Source: an uncultured delta proteobacterium
Lineage (GTDB): Bacteria > Myxococcota > Myxococcia > Myxococcales > Myxococcaceae
NCBI GenBank assembly: GCA_963776345.1
Contig: CAVZMH010000015.1
Span: 64,001 to 128,000 of the forward strand
Direction of reading: 5' to 3'
DNA: 64,000 bases
The number at the start of each line of letters is the position of its first letter. Positions within the stretch are counted from its first letter, which is position 1. This document shows, in pieces, positions 50,105-61,460 of this stretch. The notes below the pieces were generated by a model. It saw nothing but the letters and a program-made list of their open reading frames with translations, was not told where the DNA came from and did not search any database. Made by a program: the position numbers and the translations under genes.

Positions 50105-50695
50105 TCAGCGTCCTCCCGAGCAATCCGACCGGTCGGCGCTGCCGGTCATCCAGCGCCCCGGGCCCACCGGGACGCTCGGCGCCCGGGCCAGCGCCTGCGA
50201 GCCCGAGACCACCTTCCCGTCCACCACCTGGGTCTGGGCCCAGACGTCCCCGAGCCGCCGCCCCAGAGGGTCGCGCCGCGCCTTCCACGCCTCGACGCCA
50301 ACGATGACCACCAGGCCCGCCAGACCCGCCCGGAGACCCAGGGGCTCGGGCATCATTCGAAGGAGCACCACCAGGGCCAGCGGCGCGTTCCGCAGGGTGC
50401 TGTCCCGGAACCGGGCGTCGGTCCGCATCGGGAGGAAGACCGCCTTCACCCCGAAGATGCGCTTGCCCACGCTCTGGCCGTGGAAGATGCCGTCGGCCAA
50501 TAGGAGATAGAGCAGCGCCACCACCAGGCCCGCCCGGCCCGCCGCCAGCGCCAGCGCCCAGGCCACGCCCACGTCCGCCAGGCGCGCCATCCCCCGGAGG
50601 AGAAGCGAGCACCGCGGGTACGGCGACTCGGGGATGCCGTCCTCGGGGACCAGCTGGAGCGTGGGGCCGCCGAAGGGGGCGCGCAGTCGGCTCAT
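50105..50695 (-). CDS. RDD family membrane protein
   Basis: RGMARLAD, GQSVGKRIFG, RRLGDVWAQT. Confidence 0.85.
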   Translation of the reverse strand: MSRLRAPFGGPTLQLVPEDGIPESPYPRCSLLLRGMARLADVGVAWALALAAGRAGLVVALLYLLLADGIFHGQSVGKRIFGVKAVFLPMRTDARFRDSTLRNAPLALVVLLRMMPEPLGLRAGLAGLVVIVGVEAWKARRDPLGRRLGDVWAQTQVVDGKVVSGSQALARAPSVPVGPGRWMTGSADRSDCSGGR

Positions 50696-51027
50696 GGTTC
50701 GTCTCCCTCCGCGGCCAGCGCCGCCAGCCGGCTCCAGGCGTCGGGCGCCGGGGCCTCGCTCCTGGTCACCGCCGCGCGCGGCGCCTCCGCCCCCGGCTCG
50801 CCCGCCAGGGTGAAGAACACGAAGGCCATCGCCGGACGCTTCGAGGATTCGCGCATCGCGAACTGCACGCTCTCCAGCGACCAGCCCTGCCCCACCCAGA
50901 GGTTCACCGTGTGCTCCAGGCTGCCCTCGTCCACAGTGGAGAGCTCCACCACCTTGTACTGCAGCACCGGCGGCCGGGGCGGGGTCCTCCGGGAGCTCCT
51001 GCGCTTGACCTTCCGCGCGCCGCTCAC
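50692..51027 (-). CDS. DUF4177-like small protein
   Basis: End of ORF 50692..52113: QYKVVEL...LE..VN....QGWSL; 4-nt overlaps on both sides. Confidence 0.7.
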   Translation of the reverse strand: MSGARKVKRRSSRRTPPRPPVLQYKVVELSTVDEGSLEHTVNLWVGQGWSLESVQFAMRESSKRPAMAFVFFTLAGEPGAEAPRAAVTRSEAPAPDAWSRLAALAAEGDEP

Positions 51028-51998
51028 GAGTCGAGCAGCTCGGCGGCTTCCACCGCGTGGTAGGTGAGGATGAGGTCCGCGCCGGCGCGCTTGATCGAGG
51101 TCAGCACCTCCATCATCACCCGCTGCCCGTCGATCCAGCCGTTGGCCGCGGCCGCCTTCACCATCGCGTACTCGCCCGAGACGTTGTACGCGGCGACCGG
51201 CACGTCGAACCGCTCCTTCACCCTGGCGATGACGTCCAGGTACGAGAGCGCCGGCTTCACCATGACCAGATCTGCGCCCTCCTCGATGTCGAGGGCGGTC
51301 TCCTTGAGCGCCTCGCGGACGTTCCCCGGGTCCATCTGGTAGCCGCGCCGGTCGCCGAACTGCGGCGTGCTCTGGGCGGCCTCGCGGAACGGCCCGTAGA
51401 AGCCCGAGGCGTACTTGGCCGCGTAGCTGAGGATGGGCGTCCGGGCCAGCCCGGCCTCGTCGAGCGCCGAGCGGATGGCCCGCACCCGGCCGTCCATCAT
51501 GTCCGAGGGGGCGACGATGTCCGCCCCCGCCTTCGCGCAGGACACCGCCATCTGCGCCAGCAGCGGCAGGCTCTGGTCGTTGTCCACCTCGCCGCCGTGG
51601 ATGACGCCGCAATGGCCGTGGTCGGTGTACTCGCAGAGGCACACGTCGGCGATGAGCTGCATCTCGGGCACCGAGTCCTTCAGCGCCCGGAGCGCCTTCT
51701 GGACGATGCCGTCCTCCGCCCAGGCCCCGGTGCCCCGCGGGTCCTTGTGGCCGGGGATGCCGAAGAGGATGACCGAGGGCACACCGACCGCCCGCGCCCG
51801 CTTCGCCTCCTCGACCGCCAGGTCCACCGAGAGGTTGTCGATGCCCGGCATCGAGGGCACGGGCCTCCGCACGCCCCGGCCCTCGACGACGAAGAGCGGA
51901 TAGATGAAGTCGGACGGGTGGAGCTCGGTCTCGCGCACCATGCGCCGGAGCGCCTCGGTGCGGCGGAGTCGCCGGGGACGGTGGATGGGGAAGGCCAT
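51024..51998 (-). CDS. hemB: Porphobilinogen synthase
   Basis: [34 protein letters not shown]. Confidence 0.98.
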   Translation of the reverse strand: MAFPIHRPRRLRRTEALRRMVRETELHPSDFIYPLFVVEGRGVRRPVPSMPGIDNLSVDLAVEEAKRARAVGVPSVILFGIPGHKDPRGTGAWAEDGIVQKALRALKDSVPEMQLIADVCLCEYTDHGHCGVIHGGEVDNDQSLPLLAQMAVSCAKAGADIVAPSDMMDGRVRAIRSALDEAGLARTPILSYAAKYASGFYGPFREAAQSTPQFGDRRGYQMDPGNVREALKETALDIEEGADLVMVKPALSYLDVIARVKERFDVPVAAYNVSGEYAMVKAAAANGWIDGQRVMMEVLTSIKRAGADLILTYHAVEAAELLDS

Positions 51999-52054
51999 GC
52001 TGTTCGCTCCGTTGTACCGCGGAGAGCGTACACCGGGTATGCAACGCGCGCCCC

Positions 52055-53541
52055 ATGCCCAGCGGCTTCTCCTGGAACGAGATCGGCGTCGACCCGGCCC
52101 GGGTCCGTATCATCCGGGACGCACCCCTCCGTGCCCGGGGCGAGTACGTCCTCTACTGGTGCATGGTGAACCAGCGCGTGCCCCACAACCACGCGCTCCA
52201 GGCGGCCATCGCCCTGGGGAACAGGCTCCGGCTCCCGGTCGTCTGCTACCACGCGCTCCGGCCGGACCACCCGCATGCGTCCGACCGCCTGCACGCCTTC
52301 GTGCTGCAGGGGCTGGACGAGCTCGGGGCGGCGATGCGGGCGCGCGGGGTGCCCTACTGGCTCGAGCTCCCCCGGACCTCGCGGGCGCACCTCCCCCGCC
52401 TGGGACGGCTCGGCCGGCGGGCGGCGGCGGTCGTCTCCGACTGGTTCCCCGCGTTCATCGTCCCCGGGCACCTCCGCGGGGCGGCCAGCGCGCTCGACGT
52501 CCCGCTGGTGGCGGTGGACGCCTCCTGCGTGGTCCCCATGCAGCGCATCCCCGAGCGGCAGGTGGGGGCCTACGCGCTCCGGCCAAAGCTGCGGAAGCTG
52601 TGGCCCGAGTACCTCGGCCAGCTCCCGGAGGGCCCCGAGCCCGCCCACGCCCGGGCCGCCGAGGCCGTCGACCTGGGCTTCACCCCCGAGCGGGCCCCCG
52701 GCCAGCTCCTGGGCCAGCTGGGCGCCTTCGACATCGACCACTCGGTGCCTCCGGTGACGAGCCGCCCGGGAGGGCGGACCGCCGCGCTCGACTCGCTCCG
52801 GACCTTCGTGAAGGAGCACCTCGCCCGGTTCGACGAGGCGCGGAACGAGCCCGGGCAGGGGGGACAGTCCGGCGTCTCCCCGGCCCTCCACTGGGGGCTG
52901 CTCTTCGCCGGGGAGGTGGCCCGGGCGTGCCTCGAGGCGCACGGGCCCGACCAGCCAGGGGTGAAGTCCTTCCTGGAGGAGCTGCTGGTCCGCCGCGAGC
53001 TGGGCTTCAACTACTGCCTCCACACCCCGGCGCACGCGCAGCTCCTCTTCGGTTCGCTGCCCCGCTGGGCCCAGGAGACGCTGAGCGCCCACGCCCGGGA
53101 CCGGCGCGAGCACCTCTACACGCTCGAGCAGCTCGACCGGGGCGAGACCGCCGACCCGCTGTGGAACGCCGCCCAGCGCGAGCTCCGCGAGGAGGGGCGC
53201 ATCCAGGGCTACCTCCGGATGCTGTGGGGGAAGAAGATCCTCGAGTGGAGCCCGACGCCGGACGAGGCGCTGGCCCGGCTCGCGCACCTCAACGACCGCT
53301 ACGCGCTCGACGGCCGGGACGCGGTCAGCGTGGCCAACTTCATGTGGGTCCTCGGTCTGCACGACCGGCCCTTCCAGGAACGGCCGGTCATCGGCAAGGT
53401 TCGCCCATGAGCTCGCTCCGGACCGCGGAGAAGGTCGACCTCGGGACCGTACCTGGCCCGCTACGGTGGACCGGACGCAGCCCGGGTGAAGCTCCCAAGA
53501 GACGAAGGCCCGCGCCGCCCGCTGGCTCGGAAGGAGTCTGA
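52055..53541 (+). CDS. Class II CPD photolyase, C-terminus disrupted by apparent indels
   Basis: [42 protein letters not shown]. Track ORF stops at 53410, but GKVRP continues as MSS...KVDL in another frame. Confidence 0.88.
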
Positions 53542-53547
53542 ACGACG

Positions 53548-53859
53548 ATGGGCAAGATCGACTTCCAGGTACCGCACACCCTCTCCCTCGCCGAGGCGAA
53601 GAAGCGGATGGAGCGCCTCACCGTGTACTGGGCCAAGCACGGCGTCCAGTCCTCGTGGGCCGGGGACGTGGCGAAGCTGACCGGCAGGGTGATGGGCGTC
53701 CACCTCGAGGCGACGCTGCGGGTCACCGACAAGACCGTGGGCGGCCAGGCAACCGACCCGGGGCTCCTGCTCCGCGGGCAGGCGAAGAAGTACCTGACCC
53801 ACAAGTTCGAGACCTGGCTCGACCCGAAGCGGTCGCTCGAGGACCTCGAGAAGGCCTGA
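53548..53859 (+). CDS. Polyhydroxyalkanoic acid system-family small protein
   Basis: VPHTLSLAEAKKRM, WAGD motifs; SD AAGGAG. Confidence 0.7.
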   Translation: MGKIDFQVPHTLSLAEAKKRMERLTVYWAKHGVQSSWAGDVAKLTGRVMGVHLEATLRVTDKTVGGQATDPGLLLRGQAKKYLTHKFETWLDPKRSLEDLEKA

Positions 53860-54005
53860 GCAGCGCAGCCTCGGGGGACCGGCCCGCAACCCGGGCGGGC
53901 GCCGTGTGTCTCCGGACATGACCTCGAGGCGGCACGGTTCGGTCGCTCCCGCTCGCTCGGGCCCCCGGTCCTCCCGTGCGGCGGCTTTGCGGTAGGGTCC
54001 GGCCG

Positions 54006-55481
54006 ATGCGTGACACCCGGATGAGCCTGGCCAGCTTCGAGCGACTCGCTGCCCGCGGGAACCTCGTGCCGGTGTGGCGCGAGCTCCCGGGGGACACCGA
54101 GACACCAGTCAGCGCCTTCCTCAAGCTGCCTACCCCCTCGCATGCCTTCCTGCTCGAGTCGGTGCAGGGCGGCGAGCGGTGGGGCCGCTACTCCTTCCTC
54201 GGCGACGAGCCCATCGCCCTGCTCCGCCAGGGCCCCGAGGGCACGATCCTCGAGCAGGCCGGGGGGCGCACCTTCGAGGACCAGCTCCCGCCACTGGACG
54301 CGCTCCGCGAGCTGCTCGACCCCTTCGAGTTCGTCCGACCCGACGGCGCCCCGCCCTTCGTCGGCGGGCTGGTGGGCTACCTCGGGCACGGGGCGGTGCG
54401 GTGGTTCGAGCCCCGGGTCCCGCAGCGGCACGGGCCGGACCCGGACTTCCCGGACGGCGAGTGGATGCTCGTCGACCGCTGCGCGGTGTTCGACAACCTG
54501 AGCCACCGGCTCCGCATCTGGGCCTCGGTACATCTGGCATTGCACGCGAGCGTCGAGGCCGCCTACCGCGCGGCGATGGCGCGGGCCGACGGGCTCGCCG
54601 AGGCGCTCCAGCGGCCGCTCCCGCCGCCCGGTCCGGTGCCGGAGCTCGGCGGCCTCGAGGACGGCTGGGAGCGCGCAGGGTTCGAGGCGGCGGTGGCGAG
54701 GGCGCGCGAGTACATCGCCGCGGGCGACTGCTACCAGGTTGTGCTCTCGCGCCGGCTCTCGGCCGACTACCAGGGCGACCCGTTCGAGCTCTACCGCGCG
54801 CTCCGCCGCGTCTCCCCCACCCCGTACCTCTTCTTCCTTCGCTTCGGCGAGCGGACCCTGGCCGGCGCCTCGCCCGAGCTGCTGGTCCGCCTCTCCGGGG
54901 AGACGGTCACCGTGCGGCCCATCGCCGGGACCCGGAGGCGCGGGGCGACGCCCGAGGAGGACGCGGCGCTCGAGGCCGAGCTCAGGGCGGATCCAAAGGA
55001 ATGCGCCGAGCACGTGATGCTGGTCGACCTCGGGCGCAACGACGTGGGCCGGGTCAGCCGCCCGGGCACGGTGAAGGTCGAGGAGCGCGAGGTCATCGAG
55101 CGTTACAGCCACGTGATGCACATGGTCAGCCAGGTCTCGGGCACGCTCGACCCGGGGCTCGACGCCTGGGACGTGATCGCCGCCGCCTTCCCCGCGGGCA
55201 CGGTCAGCGGCGCGCCCAAGGTGCGGGCGCTGGAGATCATCGACGAGCTGGAGCCCGTCTCGCGCGGCCCCTACGCCGGCGCCGCGGGCTACGTCGGCTT
55301 CGACGGCGACATGGACCTGGCCATCGTCATCCGCAGCGTGGCGCTCAGCGGCCGGCGGCTGCGCTTCCAGGCCGGGGCCGGCATCGTGCACGACAGCACG
55401 CCGGAGGCCGAGTACCAGGAGACGGCGCACAAGCTCCGCGCTGCCCTGGTGGCCATCGCCGGCGACGAGGCAGGCCAGTGA
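54006..55481 (+). CDS. trpE: Anthranilate synthase component I
   Basis: FLLESVQGGERWGRYS, QVVLS, GASPE, EHVMLVDLGRND, GTVSGAPK. Confidence 0.95.
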   Translation: MRDTRMSLASFERLAARGNLVPVWRELPGDTETPVSAFLKLPTPSHAFLLESVQGGERWGRYSFLGDEPIALLRQGPEGTILEQAGGRTFEDQLPPLDALRELLDPFEFVRPDGAPPFVGGLVGYLGHGAVRWFEPRVPQRHGPDPDFPDGEWMLVDRCAVFDNLSHRLRIWASVHLALHASVEAAYRAAMARADGLAEALQRPLPPPGPVPELGGLEDGWERAGFEAAVARAREYIAAGDCYQVVLSRRLSADYQGDPFELYRALRRVSPTPYLFFLRFGERTLAGASPELLVRLSGETVTVRPIAGTRRRGATPEEDAALEAELRADPKECAEHVMLVDLGRNDVGRVSRPGTVKVEEREVIERYSHVMHMVSQVSGTLDPGLDAWDVIAAAFPAGTVSGAPKVRALEIIDELEPVSRGPYAGAAGYVGFDGDMDLAIVIRSVALSGRRLRFQAGAGIVHDSTPEAEYQETAHKLRAALVAIAGDEAGQ

Positions 55482-56056
55482 TCCTCGTCGTCGACAACTA
55501 CGACTCGTTCACCTTCAACCTGGTCCAGGCGCTCCAGTCGCTCGGGGCGGAGGTGGAGGTGCACCGGAACGACGAGATCGCCGTCGAGGACGTCCGGGCG
55601 ATGAAGCCCGAGGCGGTGGTGCTCAGCCCCGGGCCCTGCACCCCGGCGGAGGCGGGCATCTCGGTCCCGCTGATCCAGGCGCTCAGCGGCTCGGTGCCCA
55701 TCCTGGGGGTCTGCCTCGGGCACCAGTCCATCGGCGCGGCGTTCGGGGGCGTCGTCCGTCGCGCGGGCCGGGTGGTGCACGGGAAGACCTCGCCCGTGTC
55801 GCACGAGGGAAGCGGACTGTTCTCCGGGCTGCCGCGACCGCTGCCGGTCGGCCGCTACCACTCGCTGGTGGTGGACCGCGCGACCCTCCCCGAGGTGCTG
55901 GAGGTCACCGCGGTCTCCACCGACGACGGCGAGGTGATGGCGCTGCGCCACCGCACGCATCCCACGGTCGGCGTGCAGTTCCATCCGGAGAGCGTGCTCA
56001 CCCCGGATGGTCCGGCCCTGCTCCGGAACTTCCTCCAGGGGCTGCTCGGGCCATGA
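55478..56056 (+). CDS. trpG: Anthranilate synthase component II (glutamine amidotransferase)
   Basis: DNYDSFTFNL, SPGP, GVCLGHQ, QFHPES. Confidence 0.95.
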   Translation: MILVVDNYDSFTFNLVQALQSLGAEVEVHRNDEIAVEDVRAMKPEAVVLSPGPCTPAEAGISVPLIQALSGSVPILGVCLGHQSIGAAFGGVVRRAGRVVHGKTSPVSHEGSGLFSGLPRPLPVGRYHSLVVDRATLPEVLEVTAVSTDDGEVMALRHRTHPTVGVQFHPESVLTPDGPALLRNFLQGLLGP

Positions 56057-57075
56057 AGGCCGTGCTCCAGAAGCTGGTGGACCGGGTGGACCTCACGCCG
56101 GAGGAGGTCGAGGGGGCGTTCGAGGCCATCTTCCAGGGGGAGGCCAGCCCGGCGCAGATGGGCGCCTTCCTGGTCGGCCTGCGGATGAAGGGCGAGACGC
56201 CGGCGGAGATCGCCGCGGCCGCGACCGTGATGCGCCGCCTGGCGACGCCGGTGCGGATCCCTCCCGGGCGCGTGGTGCTCGATACGTGTGGGACGGGGGG
56301 CGACGGCGCGGGCACCTTCAACATCTCGACCGCCGCGGCGCTGGTCGTCGCTGGCGCCGGAGTCACGGTGGCCAAGCACGGCAACCGGAGCGTCTCGTCC
56401 CGGAGCGGGAGCGCCGACCTCCTGAGCGCCTGCGGGGTCCAGGTGGACGCACCGGTGGAGATCGTGGAGCGCTGCCTGGCGGAGCTGCGGATCGGCTTCC
56501 TCTACGCGCCGGCGCTTCACGCGGCGATGCGGCACGTGGCCCCGGTGCGGCGGGAGGTGGGGGTGCGGAGCATCTTCAACCTGCTCGGGCCCCTGGCCAA
56601 CCCGGCGCGGGCGCCGCGGCAGCTGCTCGGGGTGTACGCGTCGTCGCTGGTCCCGGTGGTGGCCGAGACCCTGGCCCGGCTGGGGACGGAGCGCGCGCTC
56701 GTCGTCCACGGGCTGGAGGGGCTGGACGAGATCTCCCCCAGCGGGCCGACCCGCGCCGCGTGGGTCGAGGCGGGCCAGGTGCGCGAGGTCGTGCTCCGGC
56801 CCGAGGATGGAGGGCTGAAGCCGGTCCCGGTTGGCGCGATCCGGGGAGGCACGCCCGAGGAGAACGCCGGGCTCCTCTCGGGACTGCTCGACGGGCACGA
56901 CGGTCCCTTGCGGGACGCCGTGCTCCTCAACGCCGGCGCGGCCCTGTGGGTCGCCGACGCGGTGGAGACGCTGGCCGAGGGCGTGCTCCGGGCGGCGGAG
57001 AGCATCGACTCCGGGGCGGCGCGCACCCGGCTGGAGCGCCTGGTGGTCCTGACCCGGGCGGGCGTGACGGCGTGA
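56053..57075 (+). CDS. trpD: Anthranilate phosphoribosyltransferase
   Basis: DTCGTGGDG, FNIST, KHGNRS, GLDE. Confidence 0.96.
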   Translation: MKAVLQKLVDRVDLTPEEVEGAFEAIFQGEASPAQMGAFLVGLRMKGETPAEIAAAATVMRRLATPVRIPPGRVVLDTCGTGGDGAGTFNISTAAALVVAGAGVTVAKHGNRSVSSRSGSADLLSACGVQVDAPVEIVERCLAELRIGFLYAPALHAAMRHVAPVRREVGVRSIFNLLGPLANPARAPRQLLGVYASSLVPVVAETLARLGTERALVVHGLEGLDEISPSGPTRAAWVEAGQVREVVLRPEDGGLKPVPVGAIRGGTPEENAGLLSGLLDGHDGPLRDAVLLNAGAALWVADAVETLAEGVLRAAESIDSGAARTRLERLVVLTRAGVTA

Positions 57076-57905
57076 GCTCCGGGAGTCCCGACGCGCGCGC
57101 CTGGCGGCCACCCCGCGGCGTGCTGGCCGAACTGGTGGCCGCCGCCCGGGAGGACTCCGCGCGGCGGATGCGAGACCGCCCACGGCTCCTCGCCGAGGTG
57201 GCCAGCCGGCCCCGGCGCGCGCCGCGCTTCGAGGCTGCGCTCCGCGGCGGCCCCGGCTTCCCGCTCGTCTGCGAGGTGAAGCAGGCCTCGCCCTCGGCCG
57301 GAGCCATCCGCGCGGTGGACGTCGCGTCGCAGGCCCGGGCCTACGTCGAGGGCGGCGCGCGGTGCGTGAGCGTGCTCACCGAGGAGCGGCGGTTCGGCGG
57401 ACGTCTCGACGACCTCCGCGCGGTGCGGGCGGCGGTGGACGCACCGCTCCTCCGGAAGGACTTCGTGGTCGAGCCGTACATGCTGGCCGAGGCGGTGGAC
57501 GCCGGGGCGGACGCGGTGCTGCTCATCGCCGGCGCGCTCGAGCCGGCGCGCCTCCGCGAGCTCTGGACCGCGGCAGGGGAGCTGGGGCTGGACGTGCTGC
57601 TCGAGGTGGTCCACCCCTTCGAGCTCGAGGCGCCGGACACGCTCGGGGCGACGCTGGTCGGGGTGAACGCGCGCGACCTCGAGACGCTCGAGGTGGACGC
57701 GGCCCGGTTCGAGCGGATCGCCCCGTCGCTCGGGCGGCCCGGCCGCATCCTGGTGGCCGAGAGCGGCATCGAGACGCCGGAGGACGTGCGACGGCTGGCC
57801 CGGGCGGGAGCCGGTGCGGCGCTGGTGGGCGAGAGCGTGATGCGGGCGGCGGATCCCGTCGCGGCGGTCCGCGCGCTGACGGAGGCGACGTGCGCACCCG
57901 GGTGA
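57072..57905 (+). CDS. trpC: Indole-3-glycerol-phosphate synthase
   Basis: [30 protein letters not shown]. Confidence 0.95.
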   Translation: MSSGSPDARAWRPPRGVLAELVAAAREDSARRMRDRPRLLAEVASRPRRAPRFEAALRGGPGFPLVCEVKQASPSAGAIRAVDVASQARAYVEGGARCVSVLTEERRFGGRLDDLRAVRAAVDAPLLRKDFVVEPYMLAEAVDAGADAVLLIAGALEPARLRELWTAAGELGLDVLLEVVHPFELEAPDTLGATLVGVNARDLETLEVDAARFERIAPSLGRPGRILVAESGIETPEDVRRLARAGAGAALVGESVMRAADPVAAVRALTEATCAPG

Positions 57906-58507
57906 AGGTCTGCGGCATCACCCGGCTGGAGGACGCGCTGGCCTGCGTCGAGGCCGGGGTGGACGCAGTGGGGTTCAACTTCTGGCCGGGGAGCAAGCGG
58001 CACCTCCCCGTCGCCCGGGCGGCGGAGATCGCGGCCGCGCTGCCCGCCGGCGTGCTGCGGGTGGGCGTCTTCGTCCGCGCCGTGCCCGAGCAGGTCCGGG
58101 CGGTGGTGGCCGACGTCGGCCTGGGCGCGGTCCAGCTCCACGGGGACGAGGACCCGGCGGACTACGCCGGGGTGGGCGCGCCGCTGTGGCAGGTGCTGCG
58201 CATCGACTCGGCGCTGCCGGAGTCCGTCTCGGCGCAGGCGGCCGAGCTGCTGCTCGATGCGCGCGTGGATGGCTTCGGCGGCTCGGGGCGGAGCTTCGAC
58301 TGGTCGCTCGCGCACGGGGCCCGACGGTTCGGCGTGCCGTTCTGGGTCGCGGGTGGCCTGTCGCCGGGCAACGTGGGCGAGGCCGTGCGGCGGGCGGCGC
58401 CGGTGGGCGTGGACGTGGCCTCGGGCGTGGAGTCGAGCCCCGGGGTGAAGGACCCGGCCCTGGTGCGGGCCTTCGTGGCCGCGGTGCGCGCGGCGGAGGA
58501 GCGATGA
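57890..58507 (+). CDS. trpF: Phosphoribosylanthranilate isomerase
   Basis: [30 protein letters not shown]. Confidence 0.95.
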   Translation: MRTRVKVCGITRLEDALACVEAGVDAVGFNFWPGSKRHLPVARAAEIAAALPAGVLRVGVFVRAVPEQVRAVVADVGLGAVQLHGDEDPADYAGVGAPLWQVLRIDSALPESVSAQAAELLLDARVDGFGGSGRSFDWSLAHGARRFGVPFWVAGGLSPGNVGEAVRRAAPVGVDVASGVESSPGVKDPALVRAFVAAVRAAEER

Positions 58508-59721
58508 GTCCGGTGGAGCAGCAGCCAGGTCGGTTCGGTCGGTACGGCGGTCGCTACGTCCCGGAGACGCTCATCCCGGCGCTGGACGAGCTCGCCCGGG
58601 CCTGGGCCGAGGCGCAGGCCGACCCGGCGTACCGGGCCGTCGTCGCCGCGGACCTCCGTGACTGGGCCGGTCGCCCCACCCCGCTGACCTTCGCGGCGCG
58701 GCTGACCGAGTCCTTCGGCGGCGCCGAGGTGTGGCTCAAGCGCGAGGACCTGCTCCACACCGGCGCGCACAAGGTGAACAACACCGTGGGCCAGGTGCGG
58801 CTCGCGCTCCGGATGGGCAAGCGGCGGATCATCGCCGAGACCGGCGCCGGGCAGCACGGCGTGGCGACCGCGGCGTCCTGCGCCCGGGTGGGCCTGCCCT
58901 GCGAGGTGTTCATGGGCGCCGAGGACGTCCGCCGCCAGGCGCCCAACGTCCAGCGGATGCGGCTCTTCGGCGCCACGGTGCGCCCCGTCGAGAGCGCGAC
59001 CCGCACGCTCAAGGACGCGATGAACGAGGCGATCCGCGACTGGGTGACGAACGTGGAGACCACCTTCTACGTCATCGGGAGCGTGGCGGGACCGCACCCG
59101 TACCCGAGCCTGGTCCGCGACCTCCAGCGGGTCATCGGCGACGAGGCACGGGCGCAGTGGGCGGAGCGGCTCGGGGGGCTGCCGGACGCGGTGGTGGCCT
59201 GCGTCGGCGGAGGCTCGAACGCGATGGGAGCCTTCACCGCCTTCCTCGGCGACCCGTCCGTTCGGCTGGTGGCAGTGGAGGCCGGCGGAGAGGGCCTCGG
59301 CACCGGGAAGCACGGCGCCTCGCTCACCGCGGGCAAGTTCGGCGTGCTGCACGGGAGCGCCAGCTCGGTGCTCCAGACCGACGACGGGCAGGTGGCCGAG
59401 GCGCATTCGGTGAGCGCCGGGCTGGACTACCCGGGCGTCGGCCCCGAGCTCGCGTACCTGCACGACACCGGGCGGCTCGACGTCCGGACCGCGACCGACG
59501 ACGAGGCGCTCACCGCGCTCCAGGAATGCTGCCGGCTCGAGGGCATCCTGCCCGCGCTGGAGACCGCGCACGCGCTGGCCCGGGCGCGCGACGTGGCGCG
59601 CGAGCTCGGCCGCGGCAAGCGGCTGCTGATCAATCTCTCGGGCCGCGGGGACAAGGACCTGCTGCACGTGCTCGCCGAGATCGAGCGGCGCGCGCCCGGG
59701 GCACGGGCAGGCCCTCGATGA
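58504..59721 (+). CDS. trpB: Tryptophan synthase beta chain
   Basis: [37 protein letters not shown]. Confidence 0.98.
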   Translation: MSPVEQQPGRFGRYGGRYVPETLIPALDELARAWAEAQADPAYRAVVAADLRDWAGRPTPLTFAARLTESFGGAEVWLKREDLLHTGAHKVNNTVGQVRLALRMGKRRIIAETGAGQHGVATAASCARVGLPCEVFMGAEDVRRQAPNVQRMRLFGATVRPVESATRTLKDAMNEAIRDWVTNVETTFYVIGSVAGPHPYPSLVRDLQRVIGDEARAQWAERLGGLPDAVVACVGGGSNAMGAFTAFLGDPSVRLVAVEAGGEGLGTGKHGASLTAGKFGVLHGSASSVLQTDDGQVAEAHSVSAGLDYPGVGPELAYLHDTGRLDVRTATDDEALTALQECCRLEGILPALETAHALARARDVARELGRGKRLLINLSGRGDKDLLHVLAEIERRAPGARAGPR

Positions 59722-60542
59722 ACCGGCTCGAGCGCCACTTCCAGCAGGCCCGGGCCACCGGACGGAAGTCGCTGGTCGTCTACCTCTGCGCCGGAGATCC
59801 GGATCTGGCGGCCACCGAGCGGCTCGTCCCGGCGCTCGCGGAGGCCGGCGCGGACGTCATCGAGCTCGGGGTCCCCTTCTCCGACCCGCTCGCCGACGGT
59901 CCGACCATCCAGCTCGCCGCCCAGCGCGCCCTGCGCTCGGGAACGACGCTGCCCGGCATCCTCGACCTGGTGGGCCGGCTCCGCCGCCAGGGCTGCGAGG
60001 TCCCGCTGGTGCTGATGGGCTACATGAACCCCATCGTCCGGATGGGCGTGGACGCCTTCGTGTCCCGCTCGGCCGACCTCGGCGTGGACGGCTTCATCGT
60101 GCCCGACCTGCCGCTCGAGGAGGCGGACACGCTGGGCGACGCAGCGTCGGCGAGGGACCTCTCGCTGGTCCTGCTCGCGGCACCGACCACCCCACCCGAT
60201 CGACTCCGGACCATCGGGCGCCGGACGCGGGGGTTCCTGTACTTCGTGAGCGTCACCGGGGTGACCGGCGCCCGGACGACGCTGCCTGCCGACCTCCCCG
60301 CCCGGCTCGACGCGGTCCGCGCCGCCAGCGCCGCTCCGGTGGCCGTCGGCTTCGGGATCTCCGCCCCCGAGCAGGCCCGCGCCTTGGCCGAGCACGCCGA
60401 TGCAGTGGTGGTCGGGAGCGCGCTGGTCGCGGAGATCGCCCGGTCCGGCGGCCAGACCGACGGCCCGGTGGCGCTGGTGCGCGCGCTCGCCGAGGCCGTG
60501 CACTCGGTCCCTCCCGCCATGCTCAGTCCAGCACCTCGCTGA
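59718..60542 (+). CDS. trpA: Tryptophan synthase alpha chain
   Basis: [34 protein letters not shown]. Confidence 0.97.
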   Translation: MNRLERHFQQARATGRKSLVVYLCAGDPDLAATERLVPALAEAGADVIELGVPFSDPLADGPTIQLAAQRALRSGTTLPGILDLVGRLRRQGCEVPLVLMGYMNPIVRMGVDAFVSRSADLGVDGFIVPDLPLEEADTLGDAASARDLSLVLLAAPTTPPDRLRTIGRRTRGFLYFVSVTGVTGARTTLPADLPARLDAVRAASAAPVAVGFGISAPEQARALAEHADAVVVGSALVAEIARSGGQTDGPVALVRALAEAVHSVPPAMLSPAPR

Positions 60543-61389
60543 CCGCGGCGGCGAACCGCTCCGCCGCGCCGGGACTGGTCTCGAGGAACAGCGAGGGCTC
60601 CAGCAGCTCGAGCTCCATCAGCTCCAGCCGCCCGTCCCGAACCACTCCATCCACGCGGGCGTAGAGCGTCTGGTGGCCGGCGGCCTCCAGCGCCCGGGTC
60701 GCCGTGGCGATGGCCTCGGGCGGAGGCTCGGCGGCCTCTGCCACGCCGCCGAACTCCTCCTGCACCCGGAAGTCACCGGCCTCCGGACGCTTGAGCACCG
60801 CGTGGCTGTAGCGACCGCGGAAGAAGAGCAAGGACCATTCGCCACTCGCGACCAGCTCGGGGACGAAGGGCTGGACGAGACAGTCCATCGTCTCCACCTG
60901 CCGCGCGAACCGTGCGCCGTCCTCCTCGCGCTCCCGCGCGCGCCAGGTCTCGAACGCGCCTCCCGAGATGCTCGGCTTCACCACCGCCTCGCTCCAGCCC
61001 GCGTCGCGCAGCAGGGCCGCGAGGGCGACTCCGGAGCCCCGAGCGGCGTGCCGGGTGGGAACGATCGGGACGCCCCGGGCCTCGACCTCCAGCAGGTACT
61101 TCTTGTCGACGTTCCACCGGACGGTCTCCGGGCGGTTCCAGAGCGGGATGCCCCGTGTCTCGACCCCGTCCACCCAGGCCAGGAACTCCGGCAGCCGCAG
61201 GTGGTAGTCCCACGTCGAGCGGAGGACCAGCCCCTCCAGACCGTCCGGGACCGGCTCGGTCCATACCACCGGCACCGCCTCGAGCCCGCGCCCGGCAAGC
61301 GCAGGCAGCGCCATCCGGTCGTCCGCGGTCAGCGCGCGGTACGCCTCCGAGGTGACGAAGCCCAGTCGACGTCGCTCGCGTCCACGCAT
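60523..61389 (-). CDS. RimK/glutathione-synthetase-like ATP-grasp protein
   Basis: LRSTWDY, WNVDKKYL, VVKPSISG, DFRVQ, ELELLEP. Confidence 0.85.
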   Translation of the reverse strand: MRGRERRRLGFVTSEAYRALTADDRMALPALAGRGLEAVPVVWTEPVPDGLEGLVLRSTWDYHLRLPEFLAWVDGVETRGIPLWNRPETVRWNVDKKYLLEVEARGVPIVPTRHAARGSGVALAALLRDAGWSEAVVKPSISGGAFETWRAREREEDGARFARQVETMDCLVQPFVPELVASGEWSLLFFRGRYSHAVLKRPEAGDFRVQEEFGGVAEAAEPPPEAIATATRALEAAGHQTLYARVDGVVRDGRLELMELELLEPSLFLETSPGAAERFAAAVSEVLD

Positions 61390-61460
61390 CGCCGGTCGCT
61401 CAGCGCCTCGCCTGCCTCGGACCCTGCCGATCAGTTCCGGGGCCGTCCGGCGCAGAGGGT

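Noticed and set aside
53860..54005. trp attenuator or leader peptide
   Set aside because: No Trp-codon leader ORF or U-tailed terminator; a -10-like TAGGGT lies 7 nt before the ATG instead.
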